A stretch of 62,366 nucleotides of DNA, taken from positions 1 to 62,366 of IMG/VR virus record IMGVR_UViG_3300045988_033415. One strand, 5' to 3'. Both the position numbers and the translations under genes were made by a program. Under the pieces are notes generated by a model. The model saw only the letters and a program-made list of their open reading frames with translations, had not been told where the DNA came from and did not search any database. Shown piece after piece: positions 1 through 9,037 of the stretch (within the stretch, counting starts at the first letter, position 1; every line of letters starts with the position of its first letter). This DNA comes from a virus.

Positions 1-119
1 ACAAGATTTATTTGTTATGGTTCTGGATTTAATTCACTAGAAAAGACAGAACCTATTGTGTTATATCAGAAATAAGCAGAAGGGAGCTGAGAAGCTCCTT
101 TTTGTTTGCAAAAAAAAAT
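1..119. repeat. Terminal direct repeat copy 1 (= 62248..62366); genome is circularly closed or terminally redundant, 62247 bp unique
   Basis: First 119 nt read identical to last 119 nt (last 24 codons + TAA of ORF 60874..62322 plus its terminator). Confidence 0.95.
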
Positions 120-130
120 TAAAAAAGGGC

Positions 131-172
131 TTGACTTTTTGTAGCGACAGTATTATATTTATTGTAGCGACA
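131..172 (+). promoter_or_regulatory. Sigma70-type promoter TTGACT(131-136)-17 nt-TATATT(154-159) bracketed by 11-bp direct repeat TTGTAGCGACA (139-149 and 162-172); candidate operator for the downstream RHH protein
   Basis: Hexamers, spacing and repeat read directly; lies just upstream of the RBS of 193..372. Confidence 0.55.
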
Positions 173-192
173 AAAAGAAGAGAGGTGATTAA

Positions 193-372
193 ATGTCGCC
201 AAGAACAGGCAGACCTAAGACTGATAACAACAAAGACACGATGCTTAGAGTTAGACTTGATGATGATATGGTTGAGAAACTGGAAATTGCATCAAGGAAT
301 CTGAATATCACAAAGTCAGATGTTGTCAGAAATGGTATAGAAAGTGAGTACCAAAGGTCAATAAAAAAATAG
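193..372 (+). CDS. Ribbon-helix-helix (CopG/Arc-like) DNA-binding protein, 59 aa (below ORF-track cutoff)
   Basis: Hand translation MSPRTGRPKTDNNKDTMLRVRLDDDMVEKLEIASRNLNITKSDVVRNGIESEYQRSIKK; RBS AGAGGTGA; strand-helix-helix pattern. Confidence 0.75.
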   Translation: MSPRTGRPKTDNNKDTMLRVRLDDDMVEKLEIASRNLNITKSDVVRNGIESEYQRSIKK

Positions 373-502
373 AGCGGTTGCTAATGATTTGACGGTCAAG
401 CAACCACTCTAGTACACCAATCCACAAAGGAATTGATAAATCTATACTATCATTCCTTTGCGGAGAAATCAAGAGGTTTTTAACAGAAAGGAATGGTATG
501 AT

Positions 503-742
503 ATGGCAAGAATTAACTGGAGAGAAGAATTTGACAAGGTAGACGAGGAAAACATGAGACTGCTTTGCGAGTGCAGAAAAGAGCAGTTGAGAAAAATCAT
601 TATGCAGGTTATCTTGGATTGCGATAACGAGAAGTACTTAGACAATATCGCAATTTTCGCCGCCGCTACGAATGACAAGAGCGTAGAGCGTGTCATGGGT
701 GGCTATGAACTTACCTCAAAAGAAAAGGCAGGTGTTGCATAA
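503..742 (+). CDS. Hypothetical protein (80 aa from ATG 503; track ORF starts at TTG 458)
   Basis: ORF track; RBS GAAAGGAA before ATG 503. Confidence 0.6.
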   Translation: MARINWREEFDKVDEENMRLLCECRKEQLRKIIMQVILDCDNEKYLDNIAIFAAATNDKSVERVMGGYELTSKEKAGVA

Positions 743-855
743 TGGAAGATAATAGAGCATTACTCCACAAGATGATTGACAGCATAACAAGCTGCGGAAC
801 GCTTGAATACCTCGCAACTTTTGTGAGATTATTCTTAGAAAAGTGGGGTGACTGA
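742..855 (+). CDS. Small hypothetical protein, 37 aa (MEDNRALLHKMIDSITSCGTLEYLATFVRLFLEKWGD)
   Basis: Hand translation; TAATG overlap with previous stop, ends 2 nt before next start; resembles small ORF 8901..9023 in pattern. Confidence 0.5.
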   Translation: MEDNRALLHKMIDSITSCGTLEYLATFVRLFLEKWGD

Positions 856-856
856 T

Positions 857-1564
857 ATGGCAGAGCTTGTAAAGATTGAGGGAACAGAGCTGGCAATCCG
901 TGAGTACAACGGACAGAGAGTTGTCACATTCAAGGATATTGACACAGTACATCAGAGACCAAGCGGAACGGCGAGAAGAAACTTCAAACATCACCAAAAG
1001 TATTTTGAAGAAGGGAAACATTATTTTGCCCTTAAAGCGGACGAAACCACACAAGAAAATCCTAATGTACGAAATTCGCACATTAGAAATATTGTTGTAC
1101 CAAACAGAGGTATAACAGTATTGACAGAGCGTGGCTATCTGATGTTGGTAAAAGCCTTTACGGATGATTTGTCTTGGAAAGTGCAGGACGAGTTGATAAG
1201 CGGTTACTTCAAGGCTAAGACACAGCCGCAGACAGCGGTTGCGCCAGTGCAGGTTGAGGACACCAAGTACAACACAAGCAATACGCTGGTGCCTAAGGTC
1301 AAGAGTTGGTATATCCGCAACAGAAGCAACCTTGAATGGGTAGCGTACAAGACGAATTGCAAGCTTTCATACGTTTGCCATAGGCTTTTAAAGCGTATAG
1401 GCGAAGAATACGACCTAGATGCGGCAAAGAAGATATACGAGGAAGAAACAGGACATGCACCGCAGTACCCACTTGATGTTGTGGACTATTTCCCTCAATT
1501 ATCAGCAATGGCTACATGGTGGTTGAATGACCTGATTAAAGTAATTGAGGAAGAAAATAAATGA
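857..1564 (+). CDS. ORF6N-domain antirepressor-like protein
   Basis: IREYNGQRVVTFKDIDTVHQRPSGTARRNFKHHQKYFEEGKHYF matches ORF6N pattern; RBS GGGGTGA before ATG 857. Confidence 0.8.
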   Translation: MAELVKIEGTELAIREYNGQRVVTFKDIDTVHQRPSGTARRNFKHHQKYFEEGKHYFALKADETTQENPNVRNSHIRNIVVPNRGITVLTERGYLMLVKAFTDDLSWKVQDELISGYFKAKTQPQTAVAPVQVEDTKYNTSNTLVPKVKSWYIRNRSNLEWVAYKTNCKLSYVCHRLLKRIGEEYDLDAAKKIYEEETGHAPQYPLDVVDYFPQLSAMATWWLNDLIKVIEEENK

Positions 1565-1571
1565 AAAGATG

Positions 1572-1599
1572 GCACCCCGGAAATGGGGTGCTGTTTTTT
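1572..1599 (+). terminator. Rho-independent terminator GCACCCC-ggaaat-GGGGTGC + T6
   Basis: Hairpin and T-run read directly 8 nt after stop of 857..1564; two further hairpins follow (1615-1630, 1652-1666). Confidence 0.8.
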
Positions 1600-1703
1600 G
1601 TAAGCAATTTTTAATGGGACAATTTGTCCCTTTTAAGCATTGCAAAGGTATGTACGTTAAACGTACTTTTAAAATGTATTGTTTGATGAAAGGAGCATAA
1701 GCG

Positions 1704-1925
1704 ATGGAAAATTCAAGAATTGAAATCAAAACAGACGGAGCTTTTTCACAGATATTCATTGATGGCAAGAAGCTCAATGGTGTAAGGAACTATAAGTTAG
1801 AACATGCAGCAGGTAAAGCACCAACATTAACACTAGACCTCAACGCATTTGATTTAACCGTTGATGGACAAATGCTATTGATGCAGAAGGGTGTCGGTGA
1901 GATTGATGTGAGTATAAAGGGGTAG
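1704..1925 (+). CDS. Hypothetical protein, paralog of 43347..43574 (shared N-terminus ME..I.I..DG...QIFIDGKK.N)
   Basis: ORF track; RBS AAAGGAG; N-terminal ~25 aa similarity to second copy. Confidence 0.7.
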   Translation: MENSRIEIKTDGAFSQIFIDGKKLNGVRNYKLEHAAGKAPTLTLDLNAFDLTVDGQMLLMQKGVGEIDVSIKG

Positions 1926-1945
1926 CTGATAACTACCCCACAGTT

Positions 1946-2146
1946 TTAGCCCGAAATGCTTTCAGGAGCATTTGAAGCAATAGGACATTGAGGTAAATTA
2001 CAATCATTGCCACAGCTAGTATAATCGCAACTTGCAATACCTTTGGCATACTCAAAGCGTTCAGTTGTTGAAGCGTTGATGTAATTAACTCTAATCGAAT
2101 AGTCCTTGTTTTGGGTTGGGCAAAAACCATATACTCTTTTGTACAT
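1946..2146 (-). CDS. Cys-rich hypothetical protein (66 aa), sole minus-strand gene in this island
   Basis: ORF track; RBS GAGAGGAGG upstream on minus strand; convergent with 1704..1925. Confidence 0.6.
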   Translation of the reverse strand: MYKRVYGFCPTQNKDYSIRVNYINASTTERFEYAKGIASCDYTSCGNDCNLPQCPIASNAPESISG

Positions 2147-2217
2147 AATACACCTCCTCTCAACGGAGATTGTAACACGAAAAATAATTAAAATCCACTT
2201 TTACGATTTACTATACT

Positions 2218-2286
2218 AAAATCTGTATACATTTTGTCAACAAAGTGTAACCTAGATTAGATAAGAATAGTATAGATAAGATTAAT
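2218..2286 (+). promoter_or_regulatory. Conserved non-coding element copy A: 39-bp core AAAATCTGTATACAttTTGTCAACAAAGTGTAaCCTAGA followed by AGATAAGATTA-type repeats
   Basis: 35/39 identical to 38149..38187; both copies sit ~190-280 nt upstream of a structural-gene operon start. Confidence 0.6.
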
Positions 2287-2351
2287 ATGTATATATATTA
2301 TATATAAATATATATATTAATAAATACAGTTTATATAGATAATATAAAGGG

Positions 2352-2376
2352 CAGTCCGTGTGGGCTGTCTTTTTTA
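2352..2376 (+). terminator. Hairpin CAGTCC-gtgt-GGGCTG + T-run (terminator/attenuator in leader of 2411 operon)
   Basis: Read directly; one G-U pair in 6-bp stem. Confidence 0.45.
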
Positions 2377-2410
2377 TTAAATAAAATTAGACACATGGAG
2401 GAATAAGACT

Positions 2411-3166
2411 ATGAATATCGGTAACAGAGTATTTGCGGTTCAAGGCTACGCTGTGACACAGACCTACGCACGGCATGTTGAAACTGTCAAGAACGGCGGT
2501 TATGCGCAGGGAGTTGACCTTGTTCCGCAGAAGGACAACAGATACATTCAGAGCGACATAGTGGCTCATTCAGACGGCACAGTGCTTTACGCTGGCAAAG
2601 GTGACGGCTATGGCAACGCTGTGTGGATTCTGCATAATGGCAACTATGTGACTGGCTACGGACACATGAGAGAGCTTAGGGTTAAGACAGGCGATGTGGT
2701 TAAGTGTGGTGATGTGATTGGCGTTGTTGGCAACACCGGTCATTCAACAGGAATACATTTACATTTCGAGCTGAGGAAGTACACCAAGGCTTACAAGGTT
2801 GATGCAAGCGACTTTTGGGGTGCTAATTCGTTTATGAATACCTCTAAGTTCAGTTGGATAGACCCGACACCGTACATCAACGCTGATTTACCTAATCAGA
2901 CACCAAAGATTGAGGCAACCACTGACAAGTACTATCGTGTGCAGGTCGGAGCTTTCGAGAACAAGGTTTACGCAGTGAACATGGCAAGAGGCGTGCGCTC
3001 TAAGGGATTTGATACAATAATCAAGTATTACGAGGGCAATTACCATGTACAGGTTGGAGCATACGAAGTCTACTGGCGTGCTACGGCAACAAGGCTCAGG
3101 CTGTTAGCGTCCGGCTACAAGGGAGCATTTATTACAAATAAGACAGGACAGGACATAGCATTTTAG
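2411..3166 (+). CDS. M23 (LytM) peptidoglycan endopeptidase with C-terminal SPOR domain
   Basis: GYGHM...GNTGHSTGIHLHFELRK M23 motifs; C-terminal YYRVQVGAF...YHVQVGAY SPOR-like repeats; RBS GGAGGA. Confidence 0.85.
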   Translation: MNIGNRVFAVQGYAVTQTYARHVETVKNGGYAQGVDLVPQKDNRYIQSDIVAHSDGTVLYAGKGDGYGNAVWILHNGNYVTGYGHMRELRVKTGDVVKCGDVIGVVGNTGHSTGIHLHFELRKYTKAYKVDASDFWGANSFMNTSKFSWIDPTPYINADLPNQTPKIEATTDKYYRVQVGAFENKVYAVNMARGVRSKGFDTIIKYYEGNYHVQVGAYEVYWRATATRLRLLASGYKGAFITNKTGQDIAF

Positions 3167-3182
3167 CATCTATCATTGATAG

Positions 3183-3632
3183 GTGCTTTTATTATGCCCT
3201 AGAAAGGCGGTAAAGGTGGCATACGGCGGTTTCTTAATTAAGGTGGGAGAATATATCATCCCGCAAAAATTTATCAAGGCTGACACATATAAGGCGTATG
3301 TGAACATGCAAGACATAGACGATTACCCGGATGCTAACGGCTATCTGCACCGTAACGCCGTGGAATTGAAAGCACTAAAGGTTGAGTTTGATGTGCGTGC
3401 CATGCTGACAGGCAGTGAATTAGAGGAGCTTATGTCGAACATTCGCAACAGTTACACTAATTCAAGGGGTAGAGAGTGTATAATCACAGTTTTTATTCCT
3501 GAGTACAACGATTATGTAACGCAAAAAGGCTACCTTGCCGACTTTCAACCGCAAATATACGGCACATACGGCGGTGAGCTTCATTACAGCTCATTCCACA
3601 TGTCTTTTATAGGAGGCGTATACAATGGTTGA
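3183..3632 (+). CDS. Small tail component, putative distal tail (Dit-like) protein; start uncertain (GTG 3183 or GTG 3216)
   Basis: ORF track; position immediately upstream of and overlapping the large tail protein. Confidence 0.45.
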   Translation: MLLLCPRKAVKVAYGGFLIKVGEYIIPQKFIKADTYKAYVNMQDIDDYPDANGYLHRNAVELKALKVEFDVRAMLTGSELEELMSNIRNSYTNSRGRECIITVFIPEYNDYVTQKGYLADFQPQIYGTYGGELHYSSFHMSFIGGVYNG

Positions 3633-6600
3633 TTACAGCTTACAGGAATTGTTCTATACTGCCAACACAGATAAGCAACTCATTATTGCAACAGATGACG
3701 GCTCTGTGACAATCACCAACACGGAGCTCCATCAAGAGAGCTTTGAGCTGACAGAGAGCTTATGCTCCGAGAATGAGCTAACATTTGGAGCATGTGAAGC
3801 GGCGACGGTTAAGTTCACAATTTCAAATATTTTCACTTCACTGAAAGACAAGTGGATAACTGTCAAGATAATCCTTGATGGCAACAGCGATAATTCGTTC
3901 ATTTTAGGGCGTTATAAAGTTGTGTCTGATAAACCTACGGCAGACCGAATAAAACGCGAGATTGAGGCTTACGATGCGTTGTACGATATGATTAACACCG
4001 ATGTGGTTGATTGGTACAACAGTATCTTGCCGACAACGGACACTTACATCACTTTCAAGACTTTCAGAGACAGTTTTTTTGCTCATTTTGGCATCACGCA
4101 AAAAGAGATTACTCTTGCTAACGATACTATGACTGTAAGCAGAAGTGTTTACACTGACGAACTTAGCGGCGGTCAAGTCCTCAATGCTATCTGCGAGATT
4201 AACGGTTGCTTGGGGCATATCGGCAGAAGTGGGCAATTCGAGTTTGTATATCTTAGCAACACGGCACCTATAACAATCAACAAGAGCTACTACACAAGTG
4301 CTGATTATCAAGACTACATTGTGTCACAGATTGACAAGTTGCAAATTAGACAGGACGAGAACGATATAGGAGCTATTGTCGGCACAGGCAGTAACACTTA
4401 CGTTATCGAGAATAACTTTCTTGTGTACGGCAAGGATGCGGCGACACTAAAGACTATTGCAACTAATATATTCGACAAGATTAAAGGCATAACGTACCGT
4501 CCGGCGGAGATATCAAGTTCCGGAAACCCATGTATCGAAGTCGGTGATGCAATTAAGCTATCAAGCAAGTATGCAGAGATAAACACTTATGTCTTAGAAC
4601 GCATCCTAAAGGGCATACAAGCCCTTACAGACAGTTATACGGCACAAGGCGAACAATTACGCACCACACAAGTAAATAGCTCTAATAAGTCAATTACGCA
4701 GCTTAAAGGCAGGGTAAACCGACTAATCCGTGATGTAGACCAGAACAAAGCGGAAATATCGAATGTTGAAGCCGGATTAAAGAATGAGATAACACAGACC
4801 GCATCGGAACTGGATGTAAAGATACAGAGTTTGCAATCGCAGATAGATGGCGAGATAACCGTCATCAACGGTCACGGAGTACCAACACTCTATAATTACC
4901 CGGCATACAACTGGGTAGCCGGCCCCAAGGTTGGCGATATACTTGTTGAGGGCACAAAGTTCACTTATTCGGATGAGGTGTATCGTAAACACCAGAGGAC
5001 ATTGTTTTTCGATGAGGATACGGCGACTACATACCGTTTTATAAAAAAGGATGATATGTGGATATGGGAGCCGATAGCCGACACTGAATATTCGGTGATT
5101 CAGAAGCAGATAGCAGACCTTAATGTAACTGCACAAGGAATTACTCAGAGCGTTGAGCAGCTGTCAACCAAGGTGACGAATGAGTATATCACACAGATTG
5201 ATGCCAAGACACTTGTAGCGACCACAGCAGACGGAATTAAGGAAGATATATCTAAGACGTATACTACTAGGGATTATGTCAACACACTGAGTGCAGAGTT
5301 CAACAGGACAGCAGAGGGACTTACTGCACAGATAAGTGAGGTTAATGAAGCTCTTGATGGTGCCAATGAGGTCTACACCATACAAGGAACCCCAACCTTA
5401 CAAAATTATCCGGCGTACAACTGGACATCGGGACCAGTGGTGGGTGATAAGCTTACGCAGGGATTGAGGTTTACTTATTCAGACGCAAGCTATAAGAAAC
5501 ACAACAGAGCACTTGTTTATGATGAGGTTGCCGGCAAGACGTACAGGTTCATCAAGAACGGTGACACATGGGGGTTTTCCGATGTTGGCGATACCGAATT
5601 TTCGTGGGTCAATAAGAAGTTAGCTGAGTATAAAGCTACGGCAGACGGACTATCTGCTGATTTATCAAAGTTCGAGACTAAGGTTAACTCAGATTACATA
5701 ACCAAGATTGATGCTCAGGCGAGCATTAAACTCTCAGCGGATGAACTGAAAGAGGACTTTAGCAAGACAATAAGCAATTATTCAACCACTACGCAGATGA
5801 ACTTAGCGATAAGCGAAAGCGCAGAGGGCATTATGACGAATGTAAGCAAGACTTACGCAACAAAAGGGGTTGTCAGCAGACTGGAAACGTCTATCAAAGC
5901 TACGGCAGAAGGGCTAGAAACCAAAGTGTCGAAAGACAAGCTTGTAACCGAAATCAACGCCAGTGCCGAAAAAGTATTGATTTCATCGAGCAAGCTTGAT
6001 TTAAAAGGGCTTGTCACAATATCGGCATTACAAGAAAGCGGACAGACTGTAATCAATGCTGATAATATAACAACCGGAACAATTAAAGGGCGGCGACTTG
6101 AAGCGTGTGCAATGGACGGCGGAGCCATTGCAATAGGGGCAAACAACATTGTAATGAATGAAGCGGGACTGTGGGTAATAGGTGAATGTTCAGTAGACAA
6201 GCCGGCTTACCAAGTTAATAACAGAGGTGAGATAATGCAATACTGGACAGATGGTATACGCCGATTCTACTCTAACGGTTTAGGCGTGAGCGGAACATGG
6301 GTAACACATTTTGACGAATACACCGCATCATCGGATTGGTACAAGATATGCATTGCCGCTAATAATACATCAGATGCACGATACAAGAACACAATCAAAA
6401 GTCTGGACGATGAAGAACACATGGAAGAACTTTTTAATAGTCTAAAGCCATCAGCATTTTATTATAACAAAGGCACAGAATACGTGGAAACCCAAAGACA
6501 CCTGGGCTTCATCGCACAAGACATTGAGAAAGCGATTACAGAAGCAGGAATCGAGGCAGACATGGCATTATTTGACCATATCAACGAGGATAAACTTGGA

Positions 6601-6696
6601 GTTAATAAGCAAGAGTTAATAGCCCTGTGTGTATGGCAAATACAAAAACTTAAAGCCCGCGTAACCGAGCTTGAAAAGAAAGGGGAGGTAGCATGA
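3625..6696 (+). CDS. Tail-associated protein/tail fibre (1023 aa) with internal tandem duplication and C-terminal S74 intramolecular chaperone domain
   Basis: C-terminus SDARYKNTIKSL...LGFIAQDIEKA...LIALCVWQIQKLKARVTELE matches S74 autocleaving chaperone pattern; coiled-coil repeats. Confidence 0.8.
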   Translation: MVDYSLQELFYTANTDKQLIIATDDGSVTITNTELHQESFELTESLCSENELTFGACEAATVKFTISNIFTSLKDKWITVKIILDGNSDNSFILGRYKVVSDKPTADRIKREIEAYDALYDMINTDVVDWYNSILPTTDTYITFKTFRDSFFAHFGITQKEITLANDTMTVSRSVYTDELSGGQVLNAICEINGCLGHIGRSGQFEFVYLSNTAPITINKSYYTSADYQDYIVSQIDKLQIRQDENDIGAIVGTGSNTYVIENNFLVYGKDAATLKTIATNIFDKIKGITYRPAEISSSGNPCIEVGDAIKLSSKYAEINTYVLERILKGIQALTDSYTAQGEQLRTTQVNSSNKSITQLKGRVNRLIRDVDQNKAEISNVEAGLKNEITQTASELDVKIQSLQSQIDGEITVINGHGVPTLYNYPAYNWVAGPKVGDILVEGTKFTYSDEVYRKHQRTLFFDEDTATTYRFIKKDDMWIWEPIADTEYSVIQKQIADLNVTAQGITQSVEQLSTKVTNEYITQIDAKTLVATTADGIKEDISKTYTTRDYVNTLSAEFNRTAEGLTAQISEVNEALDGANEVYTIQGTPTLQNYPAYNWTSGPVVGDKLTQGLRFTYSDASYKKHNRALVYDEVAGKTYRFIKNGDTWGFSDVGDTEFSWVNKKLAEYKATADGLSADLSKFETKVNSDYITKIDAQASIKLSADELKEDFSKTISNYSTTTQMNLAISESAEGIMTNVSKTYATKGVVSRLETSIKATAEGLETKVSKDKLVTEINASAEKVLISSSKLDLKGLVTISALQESGQTVINADNITTGTIKGRRLEACAMDGGAIAIGANNIVMNEAGLWVIGECSVDKPAYQVNNRGEIMQYWTDGIRRFYSNGLGVSGTWVTHFDEYTASSDWYKICIAANNTSDARYKNTIKSLDDEEHMEELFNSLKPSAFYYNKGTEYVETQRHLGFIAQDIEKAITEAGIEADMALFDHINEDKLGVNKQELIALCVWQIQKLKARVTELEKKGEVA

Positions 6697-6917
6697 GTAA
6701 TTATGACATAAGGGCATTCAGAAGTTCACTTGCACAGTACATCAATCAGTCGCCGATTGAAACTGAGGTAAAGCTACTTGCACTTAAGGATTTGACTACA
6801 CAGTTAGAGAAAGAAGCAGATGCCGCAGTTGCCAGAGAAGTGGCAGAATTGGAAAAAGCGGCGCAACTTAAAAGAAATGCCGATAAGGCAACAGAGAAGA
6901 AAGAAAGCGAGGTATAA
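6693..6917 (+). CDS. Hypothetical coiled-coil protein
   Basis: ORF track; ATGA overlap with tail fibre gene. Confidence 0.65.
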   Translation: MSNYDIRAFRSSLAQYINQSPIETEVKLLALKDLTTQLEKEADAAVAREVAELEKAAQLKRNADKATEKKESEV

Positions 6918-6920
6918 ACT

Positions 6921-7271
6921 ATGGCAGTAGAATATAATCAGCATACATGGGGGTACGGCGAGGAGCTTACGCCAGATAAATTTAATAATATTGAGGGCGG
7001 TGTTAAGGCAAATGCGGATGCAATTAATGAGGTAAATAATAATTTAGCCCGTTCCAGACTTGCTCAAATGCGTTTTCAAACCAAAAGGCGTACAGATGGT
7101 AACGAGGTAGCTGAATTTAACAGTATTGATACTACACAATACATAGCTTTTGTGCTAACTAATACGGGGGATATATTGCTCTCCAAGAAAATACTTAGCG
7201 ATTCAAGTTTTGCATTCGACTGGAGTGAGGATAAAGGTAATATTGGCTTGGTTATTGTTGCAGAATATTAG
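6921..7271 (+). CDS. Small tail-fibre-like protein
   Basis: N-terminus NQHTWGYGEELTPDKFNNIEGGV resembles conserved fibre N-termini (recollection). Confidence 0.5.
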   Translation: MAVEYNQHTWGYGEELTPDKFNNIEGGVKANADAINEVNNNLARSRLAQMRFQTKRRTDGNEVAEFNSIDTTQYIAFVLTNTGDILLSKKILSDSSFAFDWSEDKGNIGLVIVAEY

Positions 7272-7296
7272 CAATGTAGTAGGATAATGTTGACAA

Positions 7297-7587
7297 TCAG
7301 GGAGTATCCACAATTAATGTATCAATACATATTCCAGTACAATGATCAGACCAATCTTGTGTGATTATTCCTTGATTCACCAGACAGTAAGCTGGCATCC
7401 AATTATCATTAAGTCTAATCATACATGGAATTTTTTTGGTTATATGTTGTGGCAAGTAAGCAATATCTGTTCCGATGGGACATTCTATATCATAATATAG
7501 GGCGAGTGTAACGTGTATAGTGTTAATAGATATACGTTCATAACTATTGATATAACAAGTGTATTGCGACGTTAAAGCCTTGGACAC
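7297..7587 (-). CDS. Hypothetical protein downstream of integrase (possible lysogenic-conversion gene)
   Basis: ORF track; co-oriented with recombinase. Confidence 0.5.
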   Translation of the reverse strand: MSKALTSQYTCYINSYERISINTIHVTLALYYDIECPIGTDIAYLPQHITKKIPCMIRLNDNWMPAYCLVNQGIITQDWSDHCTGICIDTLIVDTP

Positions 7588-7650
7588 CGGAACTTCGTGA
7601 ATATCCGATACAATTAATCCTGATAAATTATTATTTACATGGCTACGACA

Positions 7651-8643
7651 TTACACCGTAGCCACATATTTCTCAAAGATATTCCGGGTATGTTCTTCAC
7701 CTATATAGCTGTAATGCTTGCCGGTAACACTTTGGTCTTTGTGTCCAAGATATTCCCCAGCATCATGCACCGAACCACCACGCTTGATGATGTTGGTGGC
7801 GGTGGTCTTACGGAATAGGTGAGGATATATGCGGCGGTCAATCCTTGCGTTGTTCTTAATGCGTGTAAGCGTTGCCCTTACGCTATCTTCACTCATTGAC
7901 TTATCTGTGCGGCTTTGGGTAAAAAGCGGCTTATCGGGGCTGTTAGAGCCGTTCCTTGACACGATATAGTCGCGCAGATACTTGTAAGCCACATCATCAA
8001 GATAGACTGTTCTGTAATTCTGCGTTTTGGGTGCGAATATCCGCACTGTCTTATTATTCCAGTCCACATCGGACACTTTCACATTGATTAGCTCACCGAC
8101 ACGGACAGCGGTTGAACGAAGAAATTCTATAATTGCCCTGTCCTTAGGAGCAGTGCAACCGCTTTTTAATTGTTCATATTCTGTCGGCTCCATGTGGTCA
8201 ATCGGCTTTTCAATTTCCTTGTATGCCTCGATTGCGTCACATGGGTTGCGGTCAATTATATTCTGTTTGCACAACCAACGATAAAATGCCGATATATTAC
8301 GGCGGTGATTGTTAAGCGATACAGCGGAATTGTTAGGTGCAAGACTGCCTAAGAAGCCCTCAATGTCGATTGAGGTTATATCGGCTATTGACTTGTTAGC
8401 GTATTTGATAAGTTTGTTGACAGTATCAAGGTAATAGCTTGCAGTTTTGGGCGATATTTTCGGTGCTTTTATCTTATTAAACAAGTCAAATATCTGCTCA
8501 TCAGTGTAAGTGCTTGGTTTATCCACAATATTCACAGTCAACAGTTCACAGCTTATGGCATCAACCAAGACAGCCATAGCCTTAGCTGACAGAAAATCGG
8601 TCATTTTGGTTACAACATTGTTAATAATTGTCGCTTTGTTCAT
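7651..8643 (-). CDS. Tyrosine recombinase/integrase (XerC/D-like)
   Basis: RSTAVRVGEL (Arg), HLFRKTTAT (HxxR), LGHKDQSVTGKHY (His...Tyr) catalytic signature; RBS GGAGG. Confidence 0.9.
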   Translation of the reverse strand: MNKATIINNVVTKMTDFLSAKAMAVLVDAISCELLTVNIVDKPSTYTDEQIFDLFNKIKAPKISPKTASYYLDTVNKLIKYANKSIADITSIDIEGFLGSLAPNNSAVSLNNHRRNISAFYRWLCKQNIIDRNPCDAIEAYKEIEKPIDHMEPTEYEQLKSGCTAPKDRAIIEFLRSTAVRVGELINVKVSDVDWNNKTVRIFAPKTQNYRTVYLDDVAYKYLRDYIVSRNGSNSPDKPLFTQSRTDKSMSEDSVRATLTRIKNNARIDRRIYPHLFRKTTATNIIKRGGSVHDAGEYLGHKDQSVTGKHYSYIGEEHTRNIFEKYVATV

Positions 8644-8821
8644 AGTAAAACCTCCGTATTTTGTAATGTTTTGTCAAATTTTGGTTGTCGATTGTTCAGA
8701 TTTTAGTACAATAAAGTGCTATTATGGACTTGTCCAATAAGGACAGGTTCAAGCTTTGGTGAGCAAGGGGCAATGTTGATTGGCGTTGGCATTGTTCCTT
8801 GCAAGTGGGGAGTATTGATTG

Positions 8822-8850
8822 TTGACATTGGCGAACAAATGTTCTATAAT
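8822..8850 (+). promoter_or_regulatory. Consensus sigma70 promoter TTGACA-17 nt-TATAAT
   Basis: Hexamers at 8822-8827 and 8845-8850 read directly; points at small ORF 8901. Confidence 0.7.
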
Positions 8851-8900
8851 TGGGACATCGCTACTGGAAAACGTGTGGTTGTAAAGGGGAAATGCAAAAC

Positions 8901-9023
8901 ATGAAAAAAGATGCGGATTACTACCGAAGAAAAATAATTGCCTTAATTAACAAAACGGATGATTTGTGGATATTGGACCATATCCTAAAATTTGTTCAAG
9001 GAATGACAAAGGAGAGGGAATAA
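8901..9023 (+). CDS. Small hypothetical protein, 40 aa (MKKDADYYRRKIIALINKTDDLWILDHILKFVQGMTKERE)
   Basis: Hand translation; downstream of consensus promoter; stop lies inside bidirectional terminator. Confidence 0.5.
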   Translation: MKKDADYYRRKIIALINKTDDLWILDHILKFVQGMTKERE

Positions 9024-9037
9024 CCCTCTCCTCTTTT
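9011..9037. terminator. Bidirectional terminator GGAGAGGG-aataa-CCCTCTCC between convergent genes
   Basis: 8-bp perfect stem read directly; T-rich on + side. Confidence 0.7.

Noticed and set aside
2281-2340. TA-rich low-complexity run (TATATATATTATATATAAATATATATATT).
   Set aside because: This is simple AT-rich leader DNA with no defined repeat unit. It is treated as part of the regulatory leader rather than a separate feature.
7290-7318. TTGACA-17-ATTAAT promoter-like sequence after the tail genes.
   Set aside because: The -10 element is poor and it points antisense into 7297..7587. No downstream plus-strand gene would use it.
8716-8904. 62-aa track ORF upstream of 8901.
   Set aside because: It contains a perfect TTGACA-17-TATAAT promoter and has no RBS. 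It is more likely the promoter and leader of the small ORF 8901..9023.
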